Positions 27,746-37,953 of a stretch of DNA of 38,162 bases are shown in pieces. The stretch comes from a bacterium (lineage in GTDB: Bacteria; Zhuqueibacterota; Zhuqueibacteria; Oceanimicrobiales; Oceanimicrobiaceae), in contig JBHIAC010000015.1 of NCBI GenBank assembly GCA_046758365.1, forward strand, positions 1-38,162, written 5' to 3'. The stretch's first letter is position 1. The number at the start of each line of letters is the position of its first letter. The notes beneath the pieces were generated by a model. It was given only the letters and a program-made list of their open reading frames with translations. It did not search any database and was not told the DNA's origin. The position numbers and the translations under genes were made by a program.

Positions 27746-28879
27746 ATGTTAGAACAATTGGAAAAACTTGAGAATCGATATGAAGAGCTCAGCAAACTAA
27801 TGATGAATCCTGAAATAATACAAGATTCCATTAAATATAAAGAAGTCGCTAAAGAAAAGAGTGTTTTAGAAAAGACCATGCAAAAGTACCAAGAGTACAA
27901 GCAAGTCCTCAAAACTATTCAAGAGGATGAAGCGGTTATAGAAGACGAGAGTGATCTTGAGTTAAGAGAACTGGCCGAGCAGGAGTTGGAGGAAATGCGA
28001 ATCAAAAAGGAAGTATTAGAAGAGGAGCTAAAAATTTTACTTTTGCCAAAAGACCCCCAAGATTCAAGAAATGCCATCATTGAGATACGGGCTGGAACCG
28101 GAGGCGATGAAGCGGGAATTTTTGCAGGTGATTTGTTTCGAATGTACAGTAGATTTACTGAAAGAAAAGGATGGCCCATCGAGATTCTCAGCTCAAATCC
28201 ACAAGGTGTAGGTGGCTTTAAAGAAATTATCTTTATGGTCAAGGGTGAAGAAGCCTATGGGTTGATGAAGTATGAAAGCGGTGTCCACAGGGTTCAAAGA
28301 GTGCCCAAAACCGAAGCCAGCGGAAGAATCCACACTTCGGCCGCATCTGTGGCTGTACTTCCTGAGGCAAAGGAAGTTGATATTGAAATCGATGCAAGCG
28401 ATTTGAGAATTGATGTATTTCGCTCTTCCGGTCCCGGGGGTCAGAGTGTGAACACCACGGATTCGGCGGTGCGAGTTACTCATATTCCCACCGGTATAGT
28501 AGTTACCTGTCAGGATGAAAAATCGCAGCATAAGAATAAAGCTAAGGCTCTAAAAGTTCTTAAGGCCCGTCTTTTAGAAAAAAAGCAGCGGGAAAAACAG
28601 GCCAAATTAGCTGAAAGTCGTCGTTCTATGGTCAGCACCGGTGATCGTAGCGCCAAAGTCAGAACCTACAATTTCCCACAAGGAAGACTTACCGACCACC
28701 GCATTGGTTTGACGCTCTATCGCCTGGATGAAATTCTTGATGGCGATTTAAACGAAGTCGTTGAACAGCTTCGTTTAGCGGATCAAACGGAGCTACTGAA
28801 AAAAGCAGGTTCAAATATTCTTTTTGGGCAAGAAGCTAACTTTCTCAAAGAAGGTTTGCTTCTAAAGGAAATTGAGTAA
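27746..28879 (+). CDS. prfA: Peptide chain release factor 1
   Basis: PKT anticodon-mimic motif (VPKTEASGRIHTS), GGQ, RTYNFPQ; ATG 27746 preceded by GGAG; TAATG overlap with prmC. Confidence 0.97.
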   Translation: MLEQLEKLENRYEELSKLMMNPEIIQDSIKYKEVAKEKSVLEKTMQKYQEYKQVLKTIQEDEAVIEDESDLELRELAEQELEEMRIKKEVLEEELKILLLPKDPQDSRNAIIEIRAGTGGDEAGIFAGDLFRMYSRFTERKGWPIEILSSNPQGVGGFKEIIFMVKGEEAYGLMKYESGVHRVQRVPKTEASGRIHTSAASVAVLPEAKEVDIEIDASDLRIDVFRSSGPGGQSVNTTDSAVRVTHIPTGIVVTCQDEKSQHKNKAKALKVLKARLLEKKQREKQAKLAESRRSMVSTGDRSAKVRTYNFPQGRLTDHRIGLTLYRLDEILDGDLNEVVEQLRLADQTELLKKAGSNILFGQEANFLKEGLLLKEIE

Positions 28880-29772
28880 TGAGCATGTTAAAGCCAACCA
28901 AGACTTGGCCTGTATTAGAACTTTTAAATTGGACCACGGAATATTTATCTAAAAAAGGATTTGAAAATTCAAAATTAAATGCTGAACGTTTATTGAGCCA
29001 TTCTTTGAACTTCCATCGAGTGGACCTTTATCTGAATTTTGACCGACCTTTGTCCCCAGAGGAATTAAAACGATTTAAAAAATTTTTAAAAAGGAGACTC
29101 CGGAGAGAGCCTTTGCAGTATATTTTAGGAGAAACGGAGTTTATGTCTCTCCTCTTTAAAGTAAATCCCTCGGTTCTTATACCTCGGCCAGAGACTGAAA
29201 TTTTGGTTGACACAGTTCTTAATAAAAGCAAAGAACAATTCCAAAATAAATCGACTCTATCTATTTTAGACATTGGTACAGGTTCTGGCTGTATTGCGGT
29301 AAGCCTGGCAAAATATTTAAAAAAGGCCCGAATAACCGCATTAGATGTTTCTGATGGTGCTTTAGAAACCGCCGCAGAAAATGCCCACTTAAATGAAGTC
29401 GAAAACAAAATCCATTTTTTTAAAGAAAATTTTCTAGATTCCCAATTTTCAAAAAACCTTTCCCAAAAATTTGATGTTGTGGTTTCAAACCCGCCTTATG
29501 TGAGTGCAGAAGATTTTGTAAAATTACCAGAAGAAGTTAAATATTTTGAACCTACGATTGCTCTCCAAGATGGTAAGGATGGATTAACCTTTTATTATAA
29601 AATTGCTGAATTTTCTTTAAAGAGTCTAAATCCAGTGGGATTTGTGGCAGTAGAAGTAAGTATGGGACAGGCGTCTCAGGTGAAAGAAATATTTCTTAAT
29701 CATCAATTTTCTAAAATCACATTCTTTAAAGACTTAAACGGAAATGACCGAGTAATTGTTTGTGAATATTAG
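28879..29772 (+). CDS. prmC: Release factor glutamine N5-methyltransferase
   Basis: EPLQYILG, VLIPRPETE, DIGTGSG and NPPY motifs; directly follows prfA. Confidence 0.96.
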   Translation: MSMLKPTKTWPVLELLNWTTEYLSKKGFENSKLNAERLLSHSLNFHRVDLYLNFDRPLSPEELKRFKKFLKRRLRREPLQYILGETEFMSLLFKVNPSVLIPRPETEILVDTVLNKSKEQFQNKSTLSILDIGTGSGCIAVSLAKYLKKARITALDVSDGALETAAENAHLNEVENKIHFFKENFLDSQFSKNLSQKFDVVVSNPPYVSAEDFVKLPEEVKYFEPTIALQDGKDGLTFYYKIAEFSLKSLNPVGFVAVEVSMGQASQVKEIFLNHQFSKITFFKDLNGNDRVIVCEY

Positions 29773-29811
29773 TCATTCACAGGATAAAGTATTAGCGCAA
29801 GGAGCCCATCT

Positions 29812-31197
29812 ATGTTAAAACCAACCATATTTAGGGAATATGACATTCGTGGTATTGCCGACTATGATTTGATTGATGATAATGTGAATCTTCTTGGGAA
29901 AGGAATTGGTACTTTTATGACACGCCAAGGTGCAAAGATTCTTGTGGTGGGTCGTGACGTTCGGCTTTCTTCCAAACGCATTCGGGATGCCTTAGTGAAA
30001 GGTTTGCTTTCTACTGGAATAAATGTAATAGATATTGGCCTGGTGCCAACTCCTGTACAATATTTTGGCATTGTGCATTTAAATTCTGATGGTGGCGTTA
30101 TGATAACTGGCAGCCATAATCCCATAGAATACAACGGCCTTAAAATGTCTAAAAAAGATGTCGTACCAGTTTATGGTGAGCAAATCCAGGATATTAGAAA
30201 AGTAATCGAAAAGAAAGAATATGCCACTGGCACAGGCGAGGTTATAGAAAAAGATGTTATTAAAGATTATGTCGATACCTTAAAGACTAAGCTGAAATTG
30301 GGTAAAAAATTGAAAATTGTAATAGATGCAGGGAATGGAACCGCAGGCCTCATTGCACCGAAATTGTGGGAAGATTTAGGCTGTGAGGTAATCTGTCTCT
30401 ACTGCGAACCTGATGGAAGGTTTCCAAATCACTTACCAGACCCAACAGTACCTAAATATATGGTGGACCTTCAGAAAAAAGTTAAGGAAGTGGGGGCCGA
30501 TATTGGCATTGGCTATGATGGTGACAGTGATCGAATTGGTACTATTGACGACCAAGGACGTATCGTTTTTGCGGATAGACTTCTGGCAATTTTAAGCCGT
30601 GAAGTTTTAGAACGGAAACCTGGTTCTGAAGTCGTGTTTGATGTAAAATGCTCCCAAGCACTTACTGATATGATTAAGAAATATGGCGGCAAACCCTTGA
30701 TGTGGAAAACAGGCCATTCTCTATTGAAGACAAAAATGAAAGAAGTCCATGCACCTTTAGCAGGGGAGATGTCAGGACACATATTTTATGCTGATGATTA
30801 TTTTGGCTTTGACGATGCTATTTACGTCTCTGGTCGCCTACTGCAGTTTCTTTCAAACACAGATAAAAAGCTGTCTGAAATTACGGACGAAATTCCGTAT
30901 TTTGAATCCACTCCTGAGATTCGCATTGAAGCAACGGATGAAGATAAATTCAAAATTGTAGCCGACCTAGCTGAATATTTCAAAAATAAATATGATACGA
31001 TTGAGATAGATGGTGCCAGGGTGCTCTTTGGCGATGGCTGGGGATTGGTGCGAGCTTCAAACACCCAGCCCGTTTTAGTGCTCCGCTTTGAAGCAAAAAG
31101 TAAAGAGCGCTTGAGAGAAATAATTGAAGTTTTTAAAACTAAACTGAAAGAGTACCCTTCGGTCAAATTTTCAGATGAAGATTTTAATATTCTATAA
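29812..31197 (+). CDS. Phosphomannomutase/phosphoglucomutase (AlgC-like)
   Basis: IFREYDIRG, TGSHNP, DGDSDR, GEMSGH and RASNTQP motifs; SD AAGGAG. Confidence 0.95.
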   Translation: MLKPTIFREYDIRGIADYDLIDDNVNLLGKGIGTFMTRQGAKILVVGRDVRLSSKRIRDALVKGLLSTGINVIDIGLVPTPVQYFGIVHLNSDGGVMITGSHNPIEYNGLKMSKKDVVPVYGEQIQDIRKVIEKKEYATGTGEVIEKDVIKDYVDTLKTKLKLGKKLKIVIDAGNGTAGLIAPKLWEDLGCEVICLYCEPDGRFPNHLPDPTVPKYMVDLQKKVKEVGADIGIGYDGDSDRIGTIDDQGRIVFADRLLAILSREVLERKPGSEVVFDVKCSQALTDMIKKYGGKPLMWKTGHSLLKTKMKEVHAPLAGEMSGHIFYADDYFGFDDAIYVSGRLLQFLSNTDKKLSEITDEIPYFESTPEIRIEATDEDKFKIVADLAEYFKNKYDTIEIDGARVLFGDGWGLVRASNTQPVLVLRFEAKSKERLREIIEVFKTKLKEYPSVKFSDEDFNIL

Positions 31198-31721
31198 ATA
31201 GAAGTCCACCATTCGTATTAATTTTTAGTGTAAACCCAAAGTGAAGTGTTACCTATTTTGCAGACCTTTTTCATTTCATGATTCCAAATTTAAATAACGT
31301 AATTCATTGAAATGTACAGAATCCCGCTGGCCTTCTCTTCCCTACTGAAACATTTCACCTTTATCATTTTTATTTTTGTACACTTCCTAAACAATTGGGA
31401 ACAACTTATTTTGATTCAATGTTTTAATTTTTAATTGAAAAAGTAACAATTATTTTTCTTGAATTTGATTCAAAAAAATTGTAGCTTGTATTTTAGTTGC
31501 AAATATTTAATCATAAAGATTAGAAACATGGATGGATTAAGTAAAAGTCATGGTAAGTTATTAACGCGAAAAAATATAATTGAATTATTTTTAGCGTTTG
31601 GTTATTTTCGCGGTTAAAAAAACTCCAGAATTTTTAATTTTGAGTATTAAGTCAAAAATCTTATAAGCAACTTTTTTCCAGATGAACCATATTTTTTGTT
31701 GAATATTATTTAAAAGGAATC

Positions 31722-33566
31722 ATGCACTCTAAAAAAGTAATCGCTTTTTTAATTTTGCTTTGTATAGCAACTGAAAGTTTAGCCGGCGAAAAGTTCATGC
31801 CCTTGAGTGAAATTAAGCCAGGCATGCGAGGCATAGCCAAGACTGTATTTACCGGGACCAAAATCGAAGAATTTGAATTAGAAATCCTCGATATCATTCC
31901 GAACTTTCGAGCGAAGCGCAGCTTAATTTTAGCCAAACTATTAGGCGATAAAATAGAAAAAACCGGGGTGGTAGCCGGTATGAGTGGCAGCCCCGTTTAC
32001 ATCGATGGCAAGCTCGTAGGCGCGCTTTCTTACCGCATGGGGATATTTTTAAAGGAGCCGATCACTGGAATCACCCCTATCGAAGAGATGCTGGAAATCT
32101 TTGATCGGGAAAAATATCGCAACCAGGAATTGGCATCTATTCAGAGCTATGATTCTAAATATTTAGAAATGGCTATCGGAGTTAGAGAAACTAATTGGGA
32201 AAATTTTATACCGCCAAAATTTCCAATACTAAAATCCGTTCATACAAGTGCCTCAAGCATTTCCCCTTTGGAACTGCCATTGATATTTTCAGGTTTTGAA
32301 AATTCCATTGTGGAATTGTCTTCTCAAATTTTTAATGGTTTAGGGTTTAAAATTTTGCAAAGTGGCGGGACTCTATCAACAAATGATGAGGATAATTCCA
32401 GTCAATTAGAACCTGGAGATGCTGTCTCCGTGGTCATTGTGGATGGTGATTTTGGACTCCAAGCTACTGGCACCGTCACTTACAGAGATGGTGATAAAAT
32501 TTTAGGTCTGGGACATCCATTCTTCAACAGTGGGGCAGTAGGGCTACCTATGGGGAGGGCAAAGATATTAACAACACTCTCAAGTCTGATGGCTTCAACA
32601 AAACTCGCTGCCCAAACAGAAATTGTTGGTACGATTCATCAGGATCGTGCCACTGGAATCATGGGGGTGAGCGGAGAAGCCCCAAAGATAATTCCCGTTC
32701 GTATGACTTTTAATTCAGAAATTCAGGAACCCGTGGAATTTAATTTTCGTGTAGCACAGGATCGTAGCATTCATTCTCTAACTCCTTTAGTTTTGAGGAT
32801 AGTATTATCTAATGCCTTAGAATCGGCCAGGCTTTCGACCGGCAACCAGACTCTTCGGCTTAATGGTAGAATTGTATTGAAGGGACACCAGGATATTCAG
32901 CTACAAAATTATTACGCTGGTAGCTTACCTGGCTCTTTAGTGACCGATGCCATTGAGGCAACCGGGGAAATATCTGCAATTTTAGGATCACTTCTATCTA
33001 ATAATTTTGAGTTGCCGGAAATTGAATCCATCGATTTGAATTTTACTTCTCTTCCCCAAAAAAGCCTTGCTACGGTCCAACGAATTGAGATAGATAAGTC
33101 CGTTGTAAAACCAGGAGATAAAATCGATATAACTGTAACTCTGAAAGAATATCAGGGCAGTGAGCATAGAATTCATCATACTCTTGATATTCCGGATGAG
33201 ATAACTTCTAAACGTATTGCTATTTTTACTGGAAGCGGCAGTGCACTCACCCGAGTTGAATTTAGGAATGCTCCCCAGAAGTTCAGCCCTAAAAATTTTC
33301 ATCAACTGGTTGAATTGCTCAAAAAAAGACGTAAGAATAATTTTCTTTTTTTTCAAATTCGTCATAGTAATAAAGGCGTTTTAATAGAAGGCGAGGAGCT
33401 TCCCAGCTTACCTCCTTCAATCAGAACTGTAATGAATTCTCAAAAAACATCAGGAAATGTTCTATCTTTAAGAGATCGGATATTAATAGAAGATAGCGTC
33501 CAAGTTAACTATTCGATTTCTGGCGGGAGAACGGTTTGGTTGAGAGTTGAATCCAAAGATGAGTGA
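31722..33566 (+). CDS. Exported SpoIVB-like peptidase (family S55)
   Basis: Signal peptide; GVVAGMSGSPVY and GTVTY..LGHPF motifs. Confidence 0.85.
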   Translation: MHSKKVIAFLILLCIATESLAGEKFMPLSEIKPGMRGIAKTVFTGTKIEEFELEILDIIPNFRAKRSLILAKLLGDKIEKTGVVAGMSGSPVYIDGKLVGALSYRMGIFLKEPITGITPIEEMLEIFDREKYRNQELASIQSYDSKYLEMAIGVRETNWENFIPPKFPILKSVHTSASSISPLELPLIFSGFENSIVELSSQIFNGLGFKILQSGGTLSTNDEDNSSQLEPGDAVSVVIVDGDFGLQATGTVTYRDGDKILGLGHPFFNSGAVGLPMGRAKILTTLSSLMASTKLAAQTEIVGTIHQDRATGIMGVSGEAPKIIPVRMTFNSEIQEPVEFNFRVAQDRSIHSLTPLVLRIVLSNALESARLSTGNQTLRLNGRIVLKGHQDIQLQNYYAGSLPGSLVTDAIEATGEISAILGSLLSNNFELPEIESIDLNFTSLPQKSLATVQRIEIDKSVVKPGDKIDITVTLKEYQGSEHRIHHTLDIPDEITSKRIAIFTGSGSALTRVEFRNAPQKFSPKNFHQLVELLKKRRKNNFLFFQIRHSNKGVLIEGEELPSLPPSIRTVMNSQKTSGNVLSLRDRILIEDSVQVNYSISGGRTVWLRVESKDE

Positions 33567-33572
33567 GGAGTT

Positions 33573-35774
33573 ATGAAAATAAAGCAACGCAAAATTTTTC
33601 TCACCACTTTAATCATTTTGGTGGTAGTTTCATGTTTAATAGCTTCGACCCCCCAGAGAAGAACCTACCAATCACAGAAGGATTTTGAAAAGGGCAAACC
33701 AATGGGGGTCTCAATAAATAGCTATGGTGAAATCTTTTTAGCACCACGAATAGACGAATTATTTAAAACGGAGACTCCGTTTCTTTGGGCATGGGCAGTA
33801 GATTCTCAAGGTAATATATTTGTAGGCGGTGGAAATAATGGCCAAGTTTTTAAAATAGATTCCAGAGGTAATTCTACGGTATTTTTTGAATCCGAAGAGC
33901 TGGAAGTCTATGCTTTAGCTATGGATAAGCAGAATAATCTATTTGTGGGTACCTCTCCCCAAGGTAAAATTTATAAAATCCCGGTCAGCGGTAATATTAG
34001 TGCTGAAGAGGCTGTATTTTTTGATCCAGAAGATATTTATATTTGGTCCTTGGTTGTGGATAATCATAATGACCTCTATGTGGCTACTGGAGAAAAGGGC
34101 AATATTTATAAAGTAGATCAAAAAGGTAAGGGAGCAATTTTTTATGAATGTGAGGATTCTCACATCCGAAAAATGGTATTCGACAAGAAAGGGAATTTAA
34201 TTGTTGGGACTTCAAATAAAGGATTTGTTATTAGTATAAATTCGAAAGGTAATGCTTTTGTCCTTTATGATGCTCCCTTGGTAGAAATTACCGATTTGAT
34301 TGTAGACCACGAGGGAAATATCTATGCTGCGGCTGCTGGCGAATCTCGTATACCGAGCGCACCACAAAGAAAACAAGCTACCACAACCCCTACTTTAAAA
34401 GAGAGTATAGAAAGAGAACCCGTAGAGGAAGATGTACTAGAATTACCTGTCCAAAAAATTACCGTGAGTGGTCCACCTCGCTTGGCAAGAGGGAATAGTG
34501 CCTTGTATCGAATAGAAAGTGATGGTACAGTAAAAAATCTGTGGAATTCACAGATGGATCAAATATATTCTATCCTTTTAGATAATAACGATAATGTAAT
34601 TTTAGGTACGGGAGAACAAGGTCGTCTTTATTCTGTAACCGTACAGGGCGAGCGCACCCTTTTAACCGAACTTGACGAAATTCAAATCACAGCACTTGGT
34701 AAGGATACCAAAGGACAAATATATCTGTGTACTTCCAATACTGGGAAAGTGTATCGTTTGGCTCCACAATTTACTTCAAAGGGTCAATATCTTTCTGAAG
34801 TGATTGATGCTTCAGTAACCTCTCGTTGGGGTTCTATAAGCTGGGAGGCAGATTTAAAGGAAAATTCGGAACTAGCCTTGTATACCCGTTCAGGCAATAC
34901 AGAAGAACCGAATAAGACCTGGAGCCCTTGGTCTAAAGGTTATATAAATTCAGTAGGGCAGCTCATAACTAGTCCACCTGCCAGATTTATTCAATTTAAG
35001 GCATCCTTAGCTACTAAAGATGGGAAAAATTCAGCTCTTCTTAAAGAAGTCACCCTTGCTTATCTTCAAAAAAACGTTGCGCCTCAGATTTTGGATATAA
35101 CCGTACACGCTCCAGGAGATTATTTTCCAGAATCCACCAACCAAGTTGACTTGGACTCCCATTTTGGAAATAGTAATGCATCAAATCAGAACCAAATTCA
35201 AAATCAATATCCTGGGCGGAAAACTTATCGTAAAGGATTTCGTTCGGTTAGCTGGAAAATTCGAGACGATAACGGTGATCAAATGTCTTTTTATCTTTTC
35301 TATAAAGGCGAAGATGAAAATAGTTGGAAGTCGCTGGTAAACAATTATAGAAGATTTGTTTATTCCTGGGACAGTGAACTCTTACCTGATGGCCGCTACT
35401 TAATAAAGATAGTAGCAAAAGATGATCTTTCCAATCCACCGAATATGACTTTGTCCACAGAAAAAATAAGCCAACCCTTTGCTGTGGATAATACCGGCCC
35501 TCAGGTCATTGATTTCAAAGTGGTCACTCATGGAAACGAAACCATAGTCTCTTTTTTAGTAGAAGATGAGATGACGAGTGTTAAATCAGCCGTATATGGG
35601 TTAAATGCTGAGGATTGGAAAATTGTTTACCCAGTAGACGGTATTTGTGATTCAAAAAGGGAAAAGTTTGAAATAAAATTAAAAACGCCTATAAAAGGTC
35701 CTAATATTATTGTGATAAAGGCCATGGATATGTTAGATAATCGTGGATTCGGTAAGAAAAAATTTCAAATATAA
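33573..35774 (+). CDS. Exported beta-propeller protein with C-terminal beta-sandwich (Ig/Fn3-like) domains
   Basis: Signal peptide; seven repeats of type I(W/Y)xLxxDxxGxLY(V)GTGxxGxIYK; C-terminal WD..LPDGRY and VDNTGP; SD GAGGAG 6 bp after the S55 stop. Confidence 0.8.
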   Translation: MKIKQRKIFLTTLIILVVVSCLIASTPQRRTYQSQKDFEKGKPMGVSINSYGEIFLAPRIDELFKTETPFLWAWAVDSQGNIFVGGGNNGQVFKIDSRGNSTVFFESEELEVYALAMDKQNNLFVGTSPQGKIYKIPVSGNISAEEAVFFDPEDIYIWSLVVDNHNDLYVATGEKGNIYKVDQKGKGAIFYECEDSHIRKMVFDKKGNLIVGTSNKGFVISINSKGNAFVLYDAPLVEITDLIVDHEGNIYAAAAGESRIPSAPQRKQATTTPTLKESIEREPVEEDVLELPVQKITVSGPPRLARGNSALYRIESDGTVKNLWNSQMDQIYSILLDNNDNVILGTGEQGRLYSVTVQGERTLLTELDEIQITALGKDTKGQIYLCTSNTGKVYRLAPQFTSKGQYLSEVIDASVTSRWGSISWEADLKENSELALYTRSGNTEEPNKTWSPWSKGYINSVGQLITSPPARFIQFKASLATKDGKNSALLKEVTLAYLQKNVAPQILDITVHAPGDYFPESTNQVDLDSHFGNSNASNQNQIQNQYPGRKTYRKGFRSVSWKIRDDNGDQMSFYLFYKGEDENSWKSLVNNYRRFVYSWDSELLPDGRYLIKIVAKDDLSNPPNMTLSTEKISQPFAVDNTGPQVIDFKVVTHGNETIVSFLVEDEMTSVKSAVYGLNAEDWKIVYPVDGICDSKREKFEIKLKTPIKGPNIIVIKAMDMLDNRGFGKKKFQI

Positions 35775-35843
35775 AAATCATTCAAATAATAAATTTTGGA
35801 GGACAGGAATTCATTCAAGGAAAGCAAGGACAAATGAAACACT

Positions 35844-36836
35844 ATGATTGATAAGACCTCTTTGGGAAATGTAAGGGATTGCATTAATCATGGGCAACGC
35901 TTTATTTTGACCACACACATAAATCCTGATGGAGATGGATTAGGTTCAGAAGCGGCATTAGCGGCCTTTTTAGGTGACATTGGTAAGGATGTTTATATTT
36001 ACAACAGTAGTCCTGTTCCCTCAAATTACAAATTCTTAGATTCGGAAAATAAGATGATGGTCTATGGACCAGATATACATAAGGAGAATCTTTTAACTGC
36101 AGATTATATATTTATATTAGATATCAGTGACTGGAACCGATTAAAACAGGTAGGGAAAGCTGTAAGAAATTTGCAAATTACAAAAATTTGTATTGATCAT
36201 CATCCTCCTCATGACAAATTTGGTAACATTAATTTAATTGATATTGAAGCCAGCTCGACTGGAGAAATTGTGTATGATCTACTTCGATTTTGTAATGGCA
36301 CCATAAGTCAGCGGATTGCTGAAGCTCTTTATACGAGTATTTTAACGGATACAGGATCATTTAGATTTTCAAATACCAACGCTCGAGCGCATATCATAGC
36401 TGGTGAGTTAGTAAAAGCTGGGGCAAGCCCACAGAAAGTGTATCAGAAAGTTTACGAACACCAACCTCCAAGTAAAGTGAAGTTATTAGGGTATGTTTTG
36501 TACAATCTACATCTAGAACAAAATGGACGGGTCGCCTGGATTAAAGTTCCAAAACAAATTTTGGACTCAATTGGGGCCAAACCCCATGAAACGGAAGGAT
36601 TTGCAGATTATCCCAGAGTTATTAACGGAGTTGAAGTGAGCATTATGTTTATTGAAATGGACAAAGGAAGAATTAAAGTAAGTTTTCGCTCCAAAGGGAA
36701 TTATGTAATTAATCATATAGCACAGAAATTTGGCGGCGGCGGACATGCGTATGCCGCCGGTGTTCTAATTGAAGGGAGCTTGGGCGAGTATATTCCAATA
36801 ATATTAAAAGAGGTAGCCAATCTTTTTAAAGATTAA
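35844..36836 (+). CDS. nrnA: DHH/DHHA1 phosphoesterase (bifunctional oligoribonuclease/PAP phosphatase NrnA)
   Basis: THINPDGD, IDHH, DTGSF, SFRS and GGGGH motifs. Confidence 0.92.
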   Translation: MIDKTSLGNVRDCINHGQRFILTTHINPDGDGLGSEAALAAFLGDIGKDVYIYNSSPVPSNYKFLDSENKMMVYGPDIHKENLLTADYIFILDISDWNRLKQVGKAVRNLQITKICIDHHPPHDKFGNINLIDIEASSTGEIVYDLLRFCNGTISQRIAEALYTSILTDTGSFRFSNTNARAHIIAGELVKAGASPQKVYQKVYEHQPPSKVKLLGYVLYNLHLEQNGRVAWIKVPKQILDSIGAKPHETEGFADYPRVINGVEVSIMFIEMDKGRIKVSFRSKGNYVINHIAQKFGGGGHAYAAGVLIEGSLGEYIPIILKEVANLFKD

Positions 36837-37058
36837 TTTGTTTAATCCAAACAATTGTACAACTTATTTCTTCTTAAAATTCCTATAATGTCTTAGCAAA
36901 GCTTCGTAAATGCCGAACAGTACCTTAATTAATAAAATAAAATTTTTGACAAAACAGTTTGGCCCCCACCTGAAGGAAGTTATAAAATATTTGAACCAAC
37001 CTTCTAAATCATCCCCTATCATTGTAACTATTAAAAAGTCTTAATATTTATTTTTTGC

Positions 37059-37087
37059 TTGCTTTTCAGTCATGGATGCATTAGCTT
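37059..37087 (+). promoter_or_regulatory. Possible sigma70-type promoter
   Basis: TTGCTT-17-TAGCTT upstream of 37207. Confidence 0.35.
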
Positions 37088-37206
37088 TAAATTGATTTGT
37101 TTCTAATTATTGTATGTGGATAAAATGTCAATAACTTTACAAATATAACTAAACAAGAGTGACCAAAGCACCGTCCAAACCAAAAAGATTGAACTGGTAG
37201 GTAATC

Positions 37207-37953
37207 ATGAAACTTCGGAGTTTTGTGAAAAGTGGGGAAAAAGAGCTTGCAAAAAATAATAGCTTTCATACAAATAAAGAATTGAATCTATATCTTCATA
37301 CCATCGCCCATGAAATTAGAAATCCCTTGGTATCTATCAGGGGATTTACATCGCTTTTGTTTGAAGAATATGGGAAAGCCTTACCCAATGAAGGTAGAAA
37401 CTATTTGGAACGGATCTTCTCTAATTTGAAAAGAGTTGAGAATTTACTGGGTGATTTGACTCAATTAGCAAGAGTCTCAATTGACGAATCTAATTATGAA
37501 CAGATTTCTGTTAAAGAAATCATTGATGTGACTGTTGATTCATTTCTATTTCAATTAAAACAAAAGAATATAAAATTGATAGTCCAGCCTAATATGCCTT
37601 ATTTGTATTGCCATATTAAAGCTATGATTCAAGTGTTTACTAATTTAATTGCCAATGCCATTAAGTACTCACGTGAGGACTCAGAGAGCAAAATTGAAAT
37701 AGGATTTATAGACGATGAGCTTTTTTACAAATTTTATGTTAAAGACAATGGTGTGGGCATTCCAGTGCGCGATAGAAATAAAGTCTTTCATCTCTTCAGC
37801 CGATTACGCAATAAGAAAGGCGTTGGCGGTTCGGGTTTGGGACTGGCTATTGTGAAACGAATTATCGAAGGGCACGGTGGTGAAATATGGGTAGATTCCA
37901 AAAAGAATAAAGGCGCGACTTTTTATTTTACTTTACCAAAAGTTTACCCTTAA
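37207..37953 (+). CDS. Minimal histidine kinase (HisKA + HATPase only)
   Basis: IAHEIRNPL H-box, NLIANAIKY, DNGVG and GSGLGL motifs; no sensor or TM domain. Confidence 0.9.
   Translation: MKLRSFVKSGEKELAKNNSFHTNKELNLYLHTIAHEIRNPLVSIRGFTSLLFEEYGKALPNEGRNYLERIFSNLKRVENLLGDLTQLARVSIDESNYEQISVKEIIDVTVDSFLFQLKQKNIKLIVQPNMPYLYCHIKAMIQVFTNLIANAIKYSREDSESKIEIGFIDDELFYKFYVKDNGVGIPVRDRNKVFHLFSRLRNKKGVGGSGLGLAIVKRIIEGHGGEIWVDSKKNKGATFYFTLPKVYP

Noticed and set aside
268..37269. Short antisense or alternate-frame ORFs (60-126 aa) in the ORF track
   Set aside because: They overlap well-supported genes and show no recognisable motifs; treated as shadow ORFs.
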